Assembly (NCBI RefSeq): GCF_964213995.1
Contig: NC_135804.1
Coordinates: 111,414,001-111,478,000, forward strand
DNA: 64,000 nt
Source: Mustelus asterias
Taxonomy: Eukaryota
Direction of reading: 5' to 3'
Shown: in pieces, positions 24,841 through 38,217 of the stretch
Numbering within the stretch: the first letter of the stretch is position 1
Layout of the letters: every line of letters starts with the position of its first letter
The notes under the pieces: generated by a model
What the model was told of the DNA's origin: nothing
The model's input: only the letters and a program-made list of their open reading frames with translations
The model's database searches: none
Program-made: the position numbers and the translations under genes

Positions 24841-25984
24841 ACCTGGGCTGAAGCGTTTCAGCTATGAAGAGAGGCTGGATAGGCTAAGGTTCTTAAGCAG
24901 AGAAGGCTGATCTAAAGAAACTCCTGAAATAACAGCCTTGTGGGAGTAATATCATCATGCAGACCGCACTGTTAGAAGTTGGCCATTGTCTTCTTGGGCA
25001 ATTAGGATGTGCAATAAAATAATCTCCTTGCCAGTGGCACCCATATTCCATGAATGAATAAATAAAAAAAGTCACTTAGGGCACACCCGAAACACCTCTA
25101 TCAACTTTCTCTACTTCTTTAAGAAAGTCCTTAAAATTCACAATTTTTTTCAAAGTGTTGGTCCACGATATCCTACAGGCCTTCCTTAATATCACTTACT
25201 TTTTATTTATTACATCTTTGTGAGGTGCTTTGGACCATTTCTGTATCTTAAAAATACGAGATAAAACCAATTTAGTGCTGTCGTCAGCACACTTGGTATC
25301 AATAATCCTATTTCAACAAATCCAGAAAAGTAGACACCGGTAATAAAGAGAAAGTGCAGAAGACTGGTGTACTACATCCTATCATTCAGAGACCCCATGA
25401 TATGAGAATTAGGTATCCTATCTGCTGTTCAAGTTTTCATTTGACCTCAGATTCTTTACACTACAACATCAATTCCATTCCACTTCATGTTATAACAAGT
25501 TAGTGTAAATGCAGTCTGAATCTAGAGTTCATGCCAACCCCAAGCTGAAATGAGGCACAATTCCTGGTGACAGAAGTTACACTCAGTTTTGCTCCAGTCA
25601 GTTCAAGATCAACTCTGATTTGCACCAAACATGGTTGGTATTGGAATAATACTGCAATAGCATAAGAAACACTTTAATCAGCAATGAAAAACTATTCAGG
25701 CACGCTAAGCAACATTCGGTTGGAGGTTAGAAAGTTATTCTCAGGAACAGAATCGGGAGAAAAATTAAAGACCAAACGTGCCATCCCATGAAATTTTCAG
25801 CAGTAGCCGGGAACCCTCCAAAACATTACGTGTAGTCAAAAATACAGAAAAGTAAGGAGGCAGAAAAATACATACATATTTAAACTGTCAAGTATTTTTA
25901 AAACCTATTTTCAATTCTAAAAGTGTACAACTTTTCAAGCAAGAAAAGCTTAGTTTAAAAATAATAGCCTCTTAAGATGGTGTT

Positions 25985-26965
25985 GAGGAAATCTTTTTCC
26001 CCCTCAGAGGGTTGTGAGCCTGTGGACTTCTCTTCCCCAGAGAGCAGTGGAAGCATTTTTAAAGCAGCATTAGATGGACTCTTGACTTACATGTGAGTCA
26101 AAGGTTATCAGGGGCAGGCAACAAAGTGGAACTGAGGCCACAATCAGATCAGCCATAATCATATCCAATGTGCAGCAGGTTCCATGAGCCGAAAGGCCAA
26201 CTTCTGCTCTTAAATTGTATGCTTATTCAAACTGAGTCTCCTTGTTCTAGTCCATCCCACAAGCAGAAATACCCTGTCAGTATCCACCCTGTCAAGTCCC
26301 CTCAGGACCTTATTTGTTTCTCATTCTTCTAAATTTCAATGGATACAGGCCCAATCTGACCTCATGAGATGTCATGTACCCAGGGAGTCGAGTAAACCTT
26401 TTCTGAACTGCTTGTAATTTAATTATGTGCTTTCTTAAATAAGACCAAAACTGCAGATAGTGCTCTCGACATAGTCTCACTAGTGCCTTGTATAACTGTA
26501 GCAAAACCTCCCTACTTTTATATTCCATTCCCTTTGCAATAAACAACAACATTCAATTTGCCTTTCTAAACACTTGTTCATCCCTAATCACTTGCTTTAT
26601 CTGCATTTTAACTTTGTGATTCATGTACCAGAACAAAGCAATCCCTCTGTACCGCAGAGTTCTGCAATCTCTCCATTTCAATAATTTGCTACCACATTTG
26701 CCCACAACTGCCAAATGTTTGTCCACTTACTTAACCCATTTATATCCCTTTGCAGACTCCTTATGTCCTCTTTGTAACTTGCTATCCTACCTATGTATCA
26801 TCAGCAAATTTAGCAATCATACATTCGATCCCTTCATATAGGTCATTGAATGTGGTTTGTAAATAATCGAGGCCCCAGCACTGATCTGTACCACTCCACT
26901 CGTTACATCGTGCCAACCTGAAAATGACACATTTACGCAAACGCTCAGTTCCCTGTTAGCTAATG
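25985..26965. mobile_element. Two degenerate CR1 fragments in opposite orientation
   Basis: Plus-strand 3' end at about 25985-26225; minus-strand RT C-terminus in ORF 26310-26552 (GMEYKSREVLLQLYKALVR). Confidence 0.75.
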
Positions 26966-27496
26966 ATCAGCAAAACTCTGACACCTTGACATTTCACAGC
27001 ATTATGTGGCTACTAAATAGGCCAAAGTTGATGGTATGACAGTCATTACGTTGGCCTCACCTATCTATCTGCAATTTGGTTAAATGTCCTAATATAGACT
27101 TAAAGGTTAATATGACGGTTAGCTCACTGTTATCCACTATGAAATGCCTGATATAGAAAGCATTAACTAAGATCCTCACACATTTCTCATGCTTTTTGAT
27201 CGATAGAGTTTTGTCCTGAGAAACTGTAGTATTATATATTGTAACCAATGGACTACATTTCGGGCAAATTTATTACATTTTAGTGCACCACAGTAAAACT
27301 CCAACTATTTAACCTCTGACCTCAAATCTGCAACAGGAAATACATTCCATATTTTACAAGTTTAACCCTTATATCTTATCCAACAAAAAAAAATCTCTCA
27401 ATGTGAAAACAGCCCAGTAAAGGTCAAGGGTTATACCTGTCTGTTACAGGTTAGATATAAGATCAGAGGTTAAAAATTCAATCAGACTGGTAGTAC

Positions 27497-27553
27497 CTTG
27501 TCCTCTCTCGATCTGTGCAGTCCCTGCGGAGGCCACAGGTGAGTGCATATTTC
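27497..27553 (-). CDS. CSTF2: CSTF2 alternative exon 8.1 homolog (betaCstF-64; GNMHSPVASAGTAQIERGQ)
   Basis: 57-nt frame-preserving phase 1-1 exon; ttctcacag acceptor, AAG|GTACTA donor; HSPV...IER motif recalled from mammalian exon 8.1. Confidence 0.82.
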
Positions 27554-28384
27554 CTGTGAGAACACGAGATAAAGAATAGTGCAGTGGATAACCCGTCCTT
27601 CATAACATTCAGGTTTGTGCATTAAAAGTAACAGAAGCGCATGCAATACCCCTTAGAACACTCTCCCTGAAAGGGATCTGGTGATGGCAATGTAAGCACT
27701 GACACTTCAATAGGCAGTGTCGCTTAGTGTGCCAGGAAAATAAATGGTATAGCCAAAAACATTCTAAGAAGGGGTTGCTGTAACAAGGAAAAAGGTTTGT
27801 ATGGGGAAGGGAGAAAAAGAGAGGGGAGAGATCAGTAGATCAATGCCAAGGAAATCCATCACTAATAGCAAGGATTAAGGACTCCATGATGATCATCATA
27901 TATAAAAATCAATATGAAGACTGAAAAGATTAGGTGAGCAAACAAAAGTTTACTAAGTAAACCTGCAGGCAAAAGGAATTTAAAAAGAAAAGCAAGGAAA
28001 CAAAAAGGACACATAGCAAAATGCCACGTAGTACAAGAGCTAATATCAAGCATAAAAATTTGACTAGAATTTCTGTTGTTCCAGCAAGTTACAAGTCTGG
28101 CTATTTTAATTTTGAAAACCAAATTTATTGGCAAACGTGTGCTGAAAAGCAGGCACCATTGAAAATTGTCAAAAATTATCCACAGCAGTTCATCATAAAC
28201 GTCCCTAGTAAACTTCAAGAAGATAGAAATTATACTCAATATTTTTCTATCTTAAGAGTTATACTGCTGTTCTTTGAATACTGTCCATTGACTCTAAGGA
28301 ATTTGGTAGGAAATATTCAAAGTACTTAATAAAATAAAAATGGAATAATTAATTTTTTACATGTTAGTATTTACTGTTGAGAAA

Positions 28385-29591
28385 AGCATGAATGTTAGGG
28401 AACTTGGGGAAATAAATAGTGGTGTCTTGAGGAGTGTACATATAACAGAGTGGTGCTGGAAATCTTAAAGCGCATCAAGGTAGATAAATCCCCGGGACCT
28501 GATGGGAGTGTATCTCAGGACATTTTGGGAGCCTCGGAAGGAAACTGCAGGTGTCCTAGCAGAGATATTTGAATCATCGATAGTCCCAGGTAAAGTGCCT
28601 GAAGATTGGAGGGTGGCAAATGTCATGCCTTTGTTTAAAAAGGGCTGCAGGGAAAAGCCTGGGAACTACAGGCTGATGAGTTGTTAGAAGGTATTCTGAG
28701 AGACAGGATCTATAGGCATTTAGAGAGGCAAGGACTGATTAGGGACAGTCAGCATGGCTTTGCGAGTGGAAAATCATGCCTCGCAAATTTGATTGAGTTT
28801 TTTGAAGGGGTAACCAAGAAGGTAGATGAGGGCAGAGCAGTTGATTTTGTCTACATGGATTTTAGCAAGGTGTTTGAAAAGGTACTGCATGGTAGGTTGG
28901 TGCAAAAGGTTAAATTTCATGGGATCCAGGGTGAGGTAGCCAAATGGATACAAAACTGGCTGGATGATAGAATCAGGTTAAAGTCCAACAGGTTTATTTG
29001 GTAGCAAAAGCCACTAGCTTTCGGAACAGGCTGTTCCTTCGTCAGGTGGGTGGGAGTTCGGGAACATTGGTACGGCTACACTTAGAATACTGTGTACAGT
29101 TCTGGTCACCCTATTATAGAAAGGATATTAAACTAGAAAGAGTGAAGAAAAAAATTACTGAGATGCTACTGGAGAGACTGGGATTTGTTTCTCAGGAACG
29201 TAGGAGGCTGAGGGGTGATCTTACAGAGGTCTATAAAATAATGAGGGGCATAGATCAGCGAGATAGTCAATATCTTTTCCCAATGATGGCGAGTCTAAAA
29301 CTAGAGGCCATAGGTTTAAGGTGAGAGAGATACAAAAGGGTCCAGAAGGGCAATTTCTTCGCACAGAGGGTGGTGAGTGTCTGGAACAAGCTGTCAGAGG
29401 TAGTAGTAGAGGCGGGTACAATTTTGTCTTTTAAAATGCGTTTAGACAGTTACATGGGTAAGATGAGTATTGAGGGATATGGGCCAAATGCGTGAAATTG
29501 GGACTAGCTTGGTGGCTAAAAACAAAGGGGCGGCATGGACAAGTTGGGCCAAAGGGCCTGTTTCCATGCTGTAAACTTCTATGACTCTATG
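28385..29591 (+). mobile_element. CR1 fragment whose internal deletion is replaced by a Penelope-like fragment (about 28970-29061)
   Basis: RT ORF pieces jump from WIQNWLDDR to TLVRxHLEYC with about 90 foreign bases between. Confidence 0.88.
29011..29049 (-). ncRNA. Minimal type-I hammerhead ribozyme motif (Penelope-like element type), intact core
   Basis: Minus strand reads CCAC-CUGACGA-A-GGAACA GCC UGUUCC-GAA-AGCU-A-GUGG: stem I, catalytic core, stem II and palindromic stem III. Confidence 0.8.
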
Positions 29592-31136
29592 TCAGACTTG
29601 AAGCTGGTGGAAAATACGGATCATTGGACTAGAAAGAATGCGTGGAATTGAATTTCTCAAGATATGAAAGGCCTAATATGCTAGCAAACAACTGTTTGCA
29701 GATGCCCAAATACAAATACTGGTATTTTTCTAAGATACAAAATAATGATTATCCGTGTACTACCCAATTTAAGATCTTCATGTAATAGACAACTACACAC
29801 CTGAATCACCCAGAATCCAAAGAAAACTTGCAAACTATTCATCGGATATAATTACACCGCACAGGTTTTATCATTGTCTCCACTTTGGTGTAATTATTTA
29901 TCAGCATTTGCTCATCAGGCTCTACTAATAGTTTAGTACAGTCTTCTAAATTAATACAATCAAATGACCATTAAAATAAAAATGTAAAAATAAATAGTGT
30001 CTGTGATAATAGTGTTCCTGAACTTAAAATGGTAAATAAGGAAGGGAAAGGTTACAATGATTCATAGAACACACAAAAGAAGCTGAAAGGTCATTCCACA
30101 CATCATCACTAGAACTGTCTACAACTCTTAATCATTGTATTACATCTTGGATATCACATATTCTACTTAATCTTGTACCCAAAAAGACAGAAATCCTTTT
30201 TGCTGCAATGTATCTACATTGGACTATAATTCAAAACAAGTAAGGTTTTTAGGATACAGTTGAGCAAATTAAAATTTTGCATTAGGGAAGATGGTTGCGG
30301 TACTTTAAAGTGCCCTGAGTCCTGAGCTCCGAGTCAGAATCCAGTCCTGGTAAAGAAAGAAAAACATCTTTCTCACTCAGAGGCCTGGTTAAATGGAACA
30401 TAGGTAGTGTCAGCCCATCAGTGGGGCCAACTGACTCAAGAGCAGCTTCTTCCCTGCTGCCGTCAGACTTTTGCATTAAGTTGATCTTTCTCTACACCCC
30501 AGCTATTACTGTGACACTACATTCTGCACTCTCTCGTTTCTTCCTCTATGAACTGTATGCTTTGTCTGTATAGCGCGCAAGAAACAATACTTTTCACTGT
30601 ATGCTAATACACGTGACAATAATAAATCAAATCAAATCACATCTAATGTTAGAGATTTATTTGTGTTTTAGGAATGACTCTTTAGTTGTTTTTCAGTAGA
30701 TCTAACCAACTCTACATACCGACAAAAGTCAACAGAAGGCTGGTTAGCTCCAGATTTCTGCCACTTCTGCATGTACGCGCAACTCAAGATTGATGGCCTT
30801 CAAACCACTGTCTGACTCAGTGTGAAAGGGAGAGGCAGTAAAGATGAGCACTATTGTGCTTCCATGAATCAGGAACCAAGAACATGTTGGACATACCACA
30901 TATTCCATTTAATTATAAACATTTTTTGGAGGTAATGTGGGAAAGGGTGTCTAGTGAACTGCAGGGAAAGTGATTTGAAAGTGAATTCCTACAATTTGAA
31001 CACAAGCCCTCTTATTAATAAAGTAAATTTAAAATTAAATAGCCATGATTGGTCGCTGAAACAAATAAAAGGCACACTGTCACTTCAAAGCACAAGCAGC
31101 AAATTAAAAAGATCCAGAGCTCAACAAAACAGATAC

Positions 31137-31199
31137 CTTGCCCTCTATCCATTGGCACTGGTCCCGAGGGAGGAAGACCCATCTGAGGCTGCATGTTTC
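31137..31199 (-). CDS. CSTF2: CSTF2 exon 8 (GNMQPQMGLPPSGPVPMDRGQ)
   Basis: 63-nt phase 1-1 exon; ttcccatag acceptor, AAG|GTATCT donor; resembles mammalian exon 8 (..SGPVSMERGQ). Confidence 0.9.
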
Positions 31200-33917
31200 C
31201 TATGGGAAATAAATTTGTGTGTCTGAAGTTAGAATTATTTATTACAATTTAGATACAGAGTCAAGTCCCTTCTACATTTTCCCCTAAAATGTGAGCCAGA
31301 ACATTCTGCAATGTAGCAACCATCCCATTTTTTCTTGCACATGACGATACTGTGCTTTTAAGAAATGTATCTTAATCACGTTTCTCTGCAGGATGTTTTG
31401 AGCAGTCCCTGGATATTTGGTTGGAGCCATTTTGTCTGCAGCCAGTGTCCTCTATCCCAAACTCTGCTGCCTTAATGGGAAGCAAGTCCTATTCCTCTAT
31501 CACCCCTGTGCTCACTGACATACATTACTTCCCAGTGAAGCAATGTCTTAATTTTAAAGTCCTGATCGTAGTTTTCAAATCACTCCAAACCTCTTCCCCC
31601 CTCCCCAATATCTGTGCTTCTCCTAAATTCAGCCCAATGTGCATTCTCAGCTATAGTTGGTCCATCGCTGGTGGCTGTGCTTCCAGTTGCCTGGGCCTCA
31701 AGCCCTGCATCTTTCCACCATCAAGACACTACTTAAAATCTTTTTGGCAAAGCTTTTGACCTGATATCTCCTTACATGGCTCAGTGTCATACTTTGTTTC
31801 ATAACAATCCTGTGAAGCATCTTGGGATATTTCATTTTGTTAAAGATGTTATGTACATAACAGATTATTCTGATTCTTGAGAAATAAATGCAAAATCTGA
31901 TGAAACCGTGTTGTACATATTTTTTAAAGTATGAAGCATGCAACATTAATCAATTATTAGCATTATAAAACATTAAAGATTAGAGCTTCACTACATGTTA
32001 AAGGGGGATGGAAAGCCTAGAGGGAGCATCTTCTTTCAACAAAATGAGTTTCCTGGAGTTAAGATGGTTACAAGTCATCTACCAGGCCGTGTCCAACTTT
32101 CCTCAATACAAATGCAGTGGGTCTTCTCCCCAATCTGGCAATAACAAGGCACAATATAACAGGCAGAACAGAGCAGCATAACAAAGTAAAATGTTGTGAT
32201 TTTTTTTTCCTGATAATAAGAAACCCAATATAGGTTTTGATTCAGGCACATAGAGACATGAGGCATACCGGCCCCCAGAAAGGTGTATCTAGAGTCCAGT
32301 GGGGAAGAGCAGGTGGCAGGAAGTATGTGGCCTGAGCTCCCTATCTGTGTTATTAGCAAAGGGGTTATAAGGGGCTGTGAATAATGTCTTGAGGGAGAGG
32401 GCACTAACCCCACCCTAGGTGTAGGCTAGTTTCAAAGATGCCTCATAGAACACTGATAACATCATGAACTCTACCCATGATTCTACACACTTTAAGGGGA
32501 TTAGTATTGCATACCACTGACAAATGAACGAAGTGCTTTGAATAGAAAAATCTTGCCATAGATTTTGCACCCTTTCAAGGTTGCTAATACACAAATCAAT
32601 GAGAAACAGCTGAAAATAAGCCTATTTTCCCATGTAGAGCTTTTCACAACCACTAGCCATCTCAAAACGTTTTACAGTCAATGAAATATTTTTGATGTGT
32701 AGTCGCTGTCGTACTGTAGGAAGTGCGGCAACTAATTTGTGATCAGCAAACTGCCACAAAGAACAAAATAATAATGGCCTGGTAATCTGTTTTCATGTGA
32801 TGTTAATTAGGAAATAAACTTTGACCAAGACAGCAGGGATAACTCTCCTATTCTTCTTTGAAATAGTGCCACAGGGTCGGCCTTTTACATTCCTGAGTAA
32901 GCAGGTAGGGCCACAGTTTTAATGTATTATCAGAAACATGCCACCTTCGATAATGCCATGCTCCTTCAATACTACATTGGAGTGTGAACTGTTCAAGGCC
33001 TGGAGTGGGACTTGAGCCTAGAACCGTGTGATTCAGAGATGAACGTGCTGCCAACTAAGCCATAGCTGACACTTCATTTATCAATTTATTCAATTAACTT
33101 GTAATTAAATTAATGTAACAAATCAATCTGTTATAATACTAGGTTTCTACTCGTTAGTTAGTCGTATGAGTGAGTTCTACATTGTTTGAGTACCATCTAG
33201 TGACGTTGACAAAGTATTGCAACTGTACACTGAACCCAGGTTCAGAATAAAATGTTCAAAAAGTGAATTTGCATTATTGGTTCACGATGAATAAGAAAAA
33301 GCTGAAAGCTACATTACATCGGGTACCAGCATATTTTCATGGATCATGGGGCAATGGAGCAAAGGCAAGATTCACTGAGACGTGGCATACAGGCCCCCAA
33401 AAAGCAAGGTTTCAGCTGCGATTGGGATGGTGGGGGGAACAGGAGGATTGGGGAGAGGGCGAGTGATCAGAGTAGCCAGGGAATGAGTGTAGAGCCCAAA
33501 GGCTGAGCAAATGTGTTTATAAAAGTGTTAACAACTTAGAATTAGCCCCATTGGTAAGAGGATATTTAGGGTAATTAGGAGTTTTCTTTGCCTGGGGGTG
33601 GGTGCACTGGAGTATATTGAAAGAAATTTGCCTTGACCTGCTGCTCCAGGTAACTCCACTTTTCTCACAGCAGAAGATAGATCAGCATCCAAAACTTACC
33701 TACAATTGTCTGGAACTTGCCAGATTCATGCAAATACTGGTGTGACCCTAACATAAATGCCAAGACTTTGGCATGTGCTTTATGGGCTCAAGAGCTTTTC
33801 GCTGCTGAGAGGTGATACTGACAAACCTCAGGGAAATGTGTGTATTTTGAAAATCTAGCTTGAAGTATAAAGCATTTCAATGGTGCTCTGTAAAGTATAT
33901 TTTACAATTTTTCATAC

Positions 33918-34074
33918 CTCCAGGTCCCACTGGCCCCGGTCCTGGTCCAGGTCCAGGCCCAGGCCCAGGTACTGGTCCTCCTGGTCCTTGTACTGGTCCA
34001 GGCCCAGGAACAGACACTGCAGGCTGCATAGGTTGCTGCATCATAGAAGGCGCCCCATTCACATGCATCCCACT
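33918..34074 (-). CDS. CSTF2: CSTF2 exon 7 (SGMHVNGAPSMMQQ...GPGPGPVGPG, Pro/Gly-rich)
   Basis: GMHVNGAP motif as in CstF-64; AG acceptor, G|GTATGA donor; 157 nt. Confidence 0.93.
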
Positions 34075-37000
34075 CTAATTGAGAGCACAAGAAAAACAAA
34101 ACAGATGCATTTTTGTTAACTTATACTTTTCTCCAGTTATAGAAAAAGCCACTCAAAAAAGTAACACGTTACTGTACCATTTACAAAACAATTTTTTAAG
34201 TACTGTTCTTAACGAGTGCTTCCTTGCACCTTTCCCTTAATTAGAAGTCATCATTCATCTTTGCCTTTGTACTTGTATGTTTTTTTGAGTAGAAACAATT
34301 TTTCAGTAATGAATTACTAAACAGGAAAATGTACAAACCCTCTGAAAATGTAATTTTGCAACCTTTGGCTAACTTATCTGTGCCTCTCCACTGGGAGGCG
34401 ACTGGCTCTACTGTAAAACTGCATCCCCTTTGGCACCGTTCAGACCTTAATCTGATGTATAAGGAGAATGTTGTAAATCTGTTTCCAATTGCCAAACTTC
34501 ACTATACCACTGGTAAAGCCATTTGATATCATAAGCATAGTCGCAATGGAATCCATCTAATAAATATTCTTTGGGCATATGATCGCTAATTATAAACATC
34601 TGCTCGTAGCTCAACTTTATCTTGGAAAACCAAAGAACGGAGTTAGAGAATTTCAAATGACCTTACCATTAGCCTCAATTTGCCTTGGTTACTGAAAACA
34701 CAACCCGATTACTATTCCAGAAACCTCTAAGATTTGGTTTAGCTGCCATTCCCACTTTAGTTAAATATCTAGCCTATCCCCAACCTTCAAGATTTAATAT
34801 TAAAAATGTCTTCTGAGAGATTTAACTGTACCTCTTCAAACAAGAAATGCCACCAGGCCCAAAGATGGATACTACTTTAAAATGACAGGAATGTCATACA
34901 GACGGTTTATATTCTACAGGCAATGTGAACATCTGGTTTAAGACTCTAAAACTACAAATTTTAATTGGTTCAATTGAATGCTAAATGCAATTGCTGAAGA
35001 AATGCTGTAAATAGCAGCAACTTCAGATCAGAAGAAATACTGTTTCTCATTTTTTTAAAGAACTAACCTATTAATTTTTCAGCAAATTTATTTCTGTATC
35101 ATTATTAGATGAGTACACATGAACCAAACAGGGATACGTGTGACATTTTTCAATATAGATGTTCTGTCTTTCAAAATAAGATTTAATCACACTGAAACAC
35201 CACTAGCGATTCAATAACAAAAAATATCAGAATGCCTGCAACAAACATTTCTATAAGAGGTCAGGATGCTGAAGGACCAGTGTTCAAGATACACAAGGGC
35301 GGCAGGTGAATTCACCTTTAAAACACCTTGCAAATTCAATCGCGGAGCGACCAGAGAAAAGTTGTTTCCCAATATGGAAATAGCAGATTCTGTGGAGAGC
35401 TGCTCCCCCAGTCTCAGGCCTTTTCCACACTTGATGCTATTAAGTTCATTTGTGGATGGAACGGTGAAGAGGAAGCAGCTAATGCTGGTTTATGCTAGCG
35501 GTGGCTGCGGATTTCCAATCACAAAGTGGAAAAAAAGTGGAAAAAAATTGGAAACAGAGTTGGAAAACTTTACTGAGGTAGTGAATCAGTATTGAGCAAG
35601 TATGATCGAGTATATTTTTCTGCTAAGTTCAAGTGCAATGTGCATTTCTGTGGTTAATTCTAGGTTGTCGCAGCTGGATGCCAATTTGACTGATTTCCCA
35701 AATCCTTGCAGTCAGCATAGGATATCTGAGGGTTCTGCTGCATGTGTTTTGAGATGGTTGTGCAAGATGGTGGTGCAGAGGCAATGTCACTGGACCAGTA
35801 ATTGAGAGGTCCAGGCTAATGCTCTGGAGACATGGGATCAAATCCCACCATAGCAGCGGATGGAATTTAAAATTCAATTAATTATTTTGGAACATAAAGC
35901 TAATCTCAGTAAGTGACCACGGAACTATCAGTTGTCTTTCAAAAAAAACATCTGGTTCACTAATACTCTTTAGGGAAGGAAATCTGGCCTACAAATGACT
36001 CCAGATCCACAGTTAACTCTTAAACCTCCCTATGAAATGCTCTAGCAACCCATTCAGTTCAAAGGCAATAATGGGCAAAGATTCCTGGCCTTTCCAGAAA
36101 TGCCCACGCCTATTAAACAATAATAAAAAAGAAACACTTGTGTGGTCACTGTTGTAATAAAGGAAATGTAATGAGGTAAATGAGGAATTAATTTAGGGGC
36201 GCCTACAAGTAGGAAGCATAATCTAAAAATAGAGCCAGAGCTTTCAGAAGTGAAATTAGGAAACACTTCTACACACAAATGATGGTAGAAGTTTGGAACT
36301 CTCTTGCGTGAACAGCAGTTGATGATAGATCAATGTCAATGCTAGATCAATTGTCAAACTTAAATCTGAGATGCAGTAAAGAGGGTAGATTTTAACCCGT
36401 CTGGTTAAAATCTTCCAGTTTTTGTGTGTATGCAATGAAAATACACTGACTGTGACCAAACCAGTCTGTGGAAAGTGTGTTTTGGGATGATGGCTTTTTG
36501 TGTGTACAAACGTGTAGGTTATCTTGAAAAAAAAACTTCTAATGTTAACTCATGCTTTTGTCTTCTAATGCCAATTTAAATACTGTAGTAAAAAAAAACA
36601 AAGTACTAGAAAAGCTCAACTGAGTTCAGTTCTGTAGAAGAGTCATATTGGACTCGAAATGTTGACTCCCAACAGACGCTGCCAAACTTGCTGAGGTTTT
36701 CCAACATTTTTTCTTTGTATTTCAGATCTCCAGCATTCACAGTATTTTGCTTTTATTTACATGCTGTGGTGTCGAGGAAAGTAATGCTTTCCTTGTCTGC
36801 TAAGGCTTTAAGTATAATGCAGGGTGATAATTATTGGGGATATTGATTAATTCTTCTAATTCTGCTTCTGAGAGTCCAAATACTCCACATGTTAATACAA
36901 ATACAGAAGGCAGTGTTACTACATGAATGCATCACTTACTAAAGAAAATAGTGAGAATGAAAAAGAAGCCCTGAAAACCAAATTATAGCCCTCTAAAATC

Positions 37001-37709
37001 AAAAAGTAGTCCTCATGAAAAGCCCTCGGAAAAAGAAATATTTTGGCCCGTGACAGACTCGTTAAATTGAAGTCCAGCTTCTGTTAATTTTAGACCTCTT
37101 GGTGGCAAGCGCATCAAAGATTCAAAATGCACTGCATGAAAAAGATCCCCAGTTCAATTCCAGATCCGTGCTAGTTTAGCTGTAGCAACAATAAGGATAC
37201 TAACTGTAATGGGCCTCAGGAGCGAGGGAGAGGAAAAACAGAAACAAAAACCCTTAAAAGATTTTGGCTCTCAATTGCTGTGCAGCAAATGCTGCTGAAA
37301 ACTAGGGGAGAGATCAGAGCAAGAACAGCTTTGAATACAGTCATGGTTGACTATCTGCAAAGAATGGTCTTTCAGATATGGTGATACCCTGGCACCCAAA
37401 AGTGAAGTTAGAAATTTGGAGATGATTTCATTTGCAATTTTTCAGAACACCCGAAGGAGCTATTAGTACCAACAAGAATCTGCATTATCACAGGATCGCT
37501 GGTTTATGGAGAGTGAATAAGTCAAATGCTATTTCTGTCAAATTGACCTTTGTGATCTTTATGAGCATTTGGGGTATTGAATTCCACAATTTAACACCAA
37601 CACATTACAATCAGAGTACCAACAGGTCAAACATTAAATTCAAGTAATACCTACATCAGTTGTGAACAAAATAATGCCTGGCCTGAGTGTCCGAACTGAT
37701 GAAACCTAC

Positions 37710-37826
37710 CATAGGCTGTGGCTGGGAGACTGGAGGAGCAGCTTGAACTGGTGGGGCATTCGGGCCTGCTGCAGGTTGGCCAGATGAAATCAGTGGCGTC
37801 ACATTGGTTGGTCGATGCAACATTTT
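37710..37826 (-). CDS. CSTF2: CSTF2 exon 6 (KMLHRPTNVTPLISSGQP...VSQPQPM)
   Basis: ttttcag acceptor, ATG|GTAGGT donor, phase 0-0, 117 nt. Confidence 0.92.
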
Positions 37827-38097
37827 CTGAAAAGAACAAAGCATTTCAGTACTACATATCATCATCAACTTTTCATTTACTTGTAATAGATTCCCAACAT
37901 AGTCAGAAATTGATCAACAGAAACTATCGGAGCGGATTGAAGAAATCTTGCATTTAAAAGTGCTCCTACTGCACTATAAAACTGTAATGCTAACTGATTA
38001 GCATCAAATCTTCTCAGGCATGCATTCTTGCCATGATGCTAACATCAACATTTGAATATGTGTAATGGTTGAAGTGTTTTCAAAAGCATACACTCAC

Positions 38098-38217
38098 CAT
38101 CGCAATTTCAGGATCCACAATTCTCATCACCACTTGTGCCTGCAAGAGTGCATATGCCAGTTGTGGGTTCTGTAAGAGCATGTTACGAGCTTCCTGAGGA
38201 CTGTTCTGAATGCAGAG
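38098..38217 (-). CDS. CSTF2: CSTF2 exon 5 (hinge: LCIQNSPQEARNMLLQNPQLAYALLQAQVVMRIVDPEIAM)
   Basis: Hand translation; ctttcag acceptor, GTGAGT donor; 120 nt. Confidence 0.97.
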
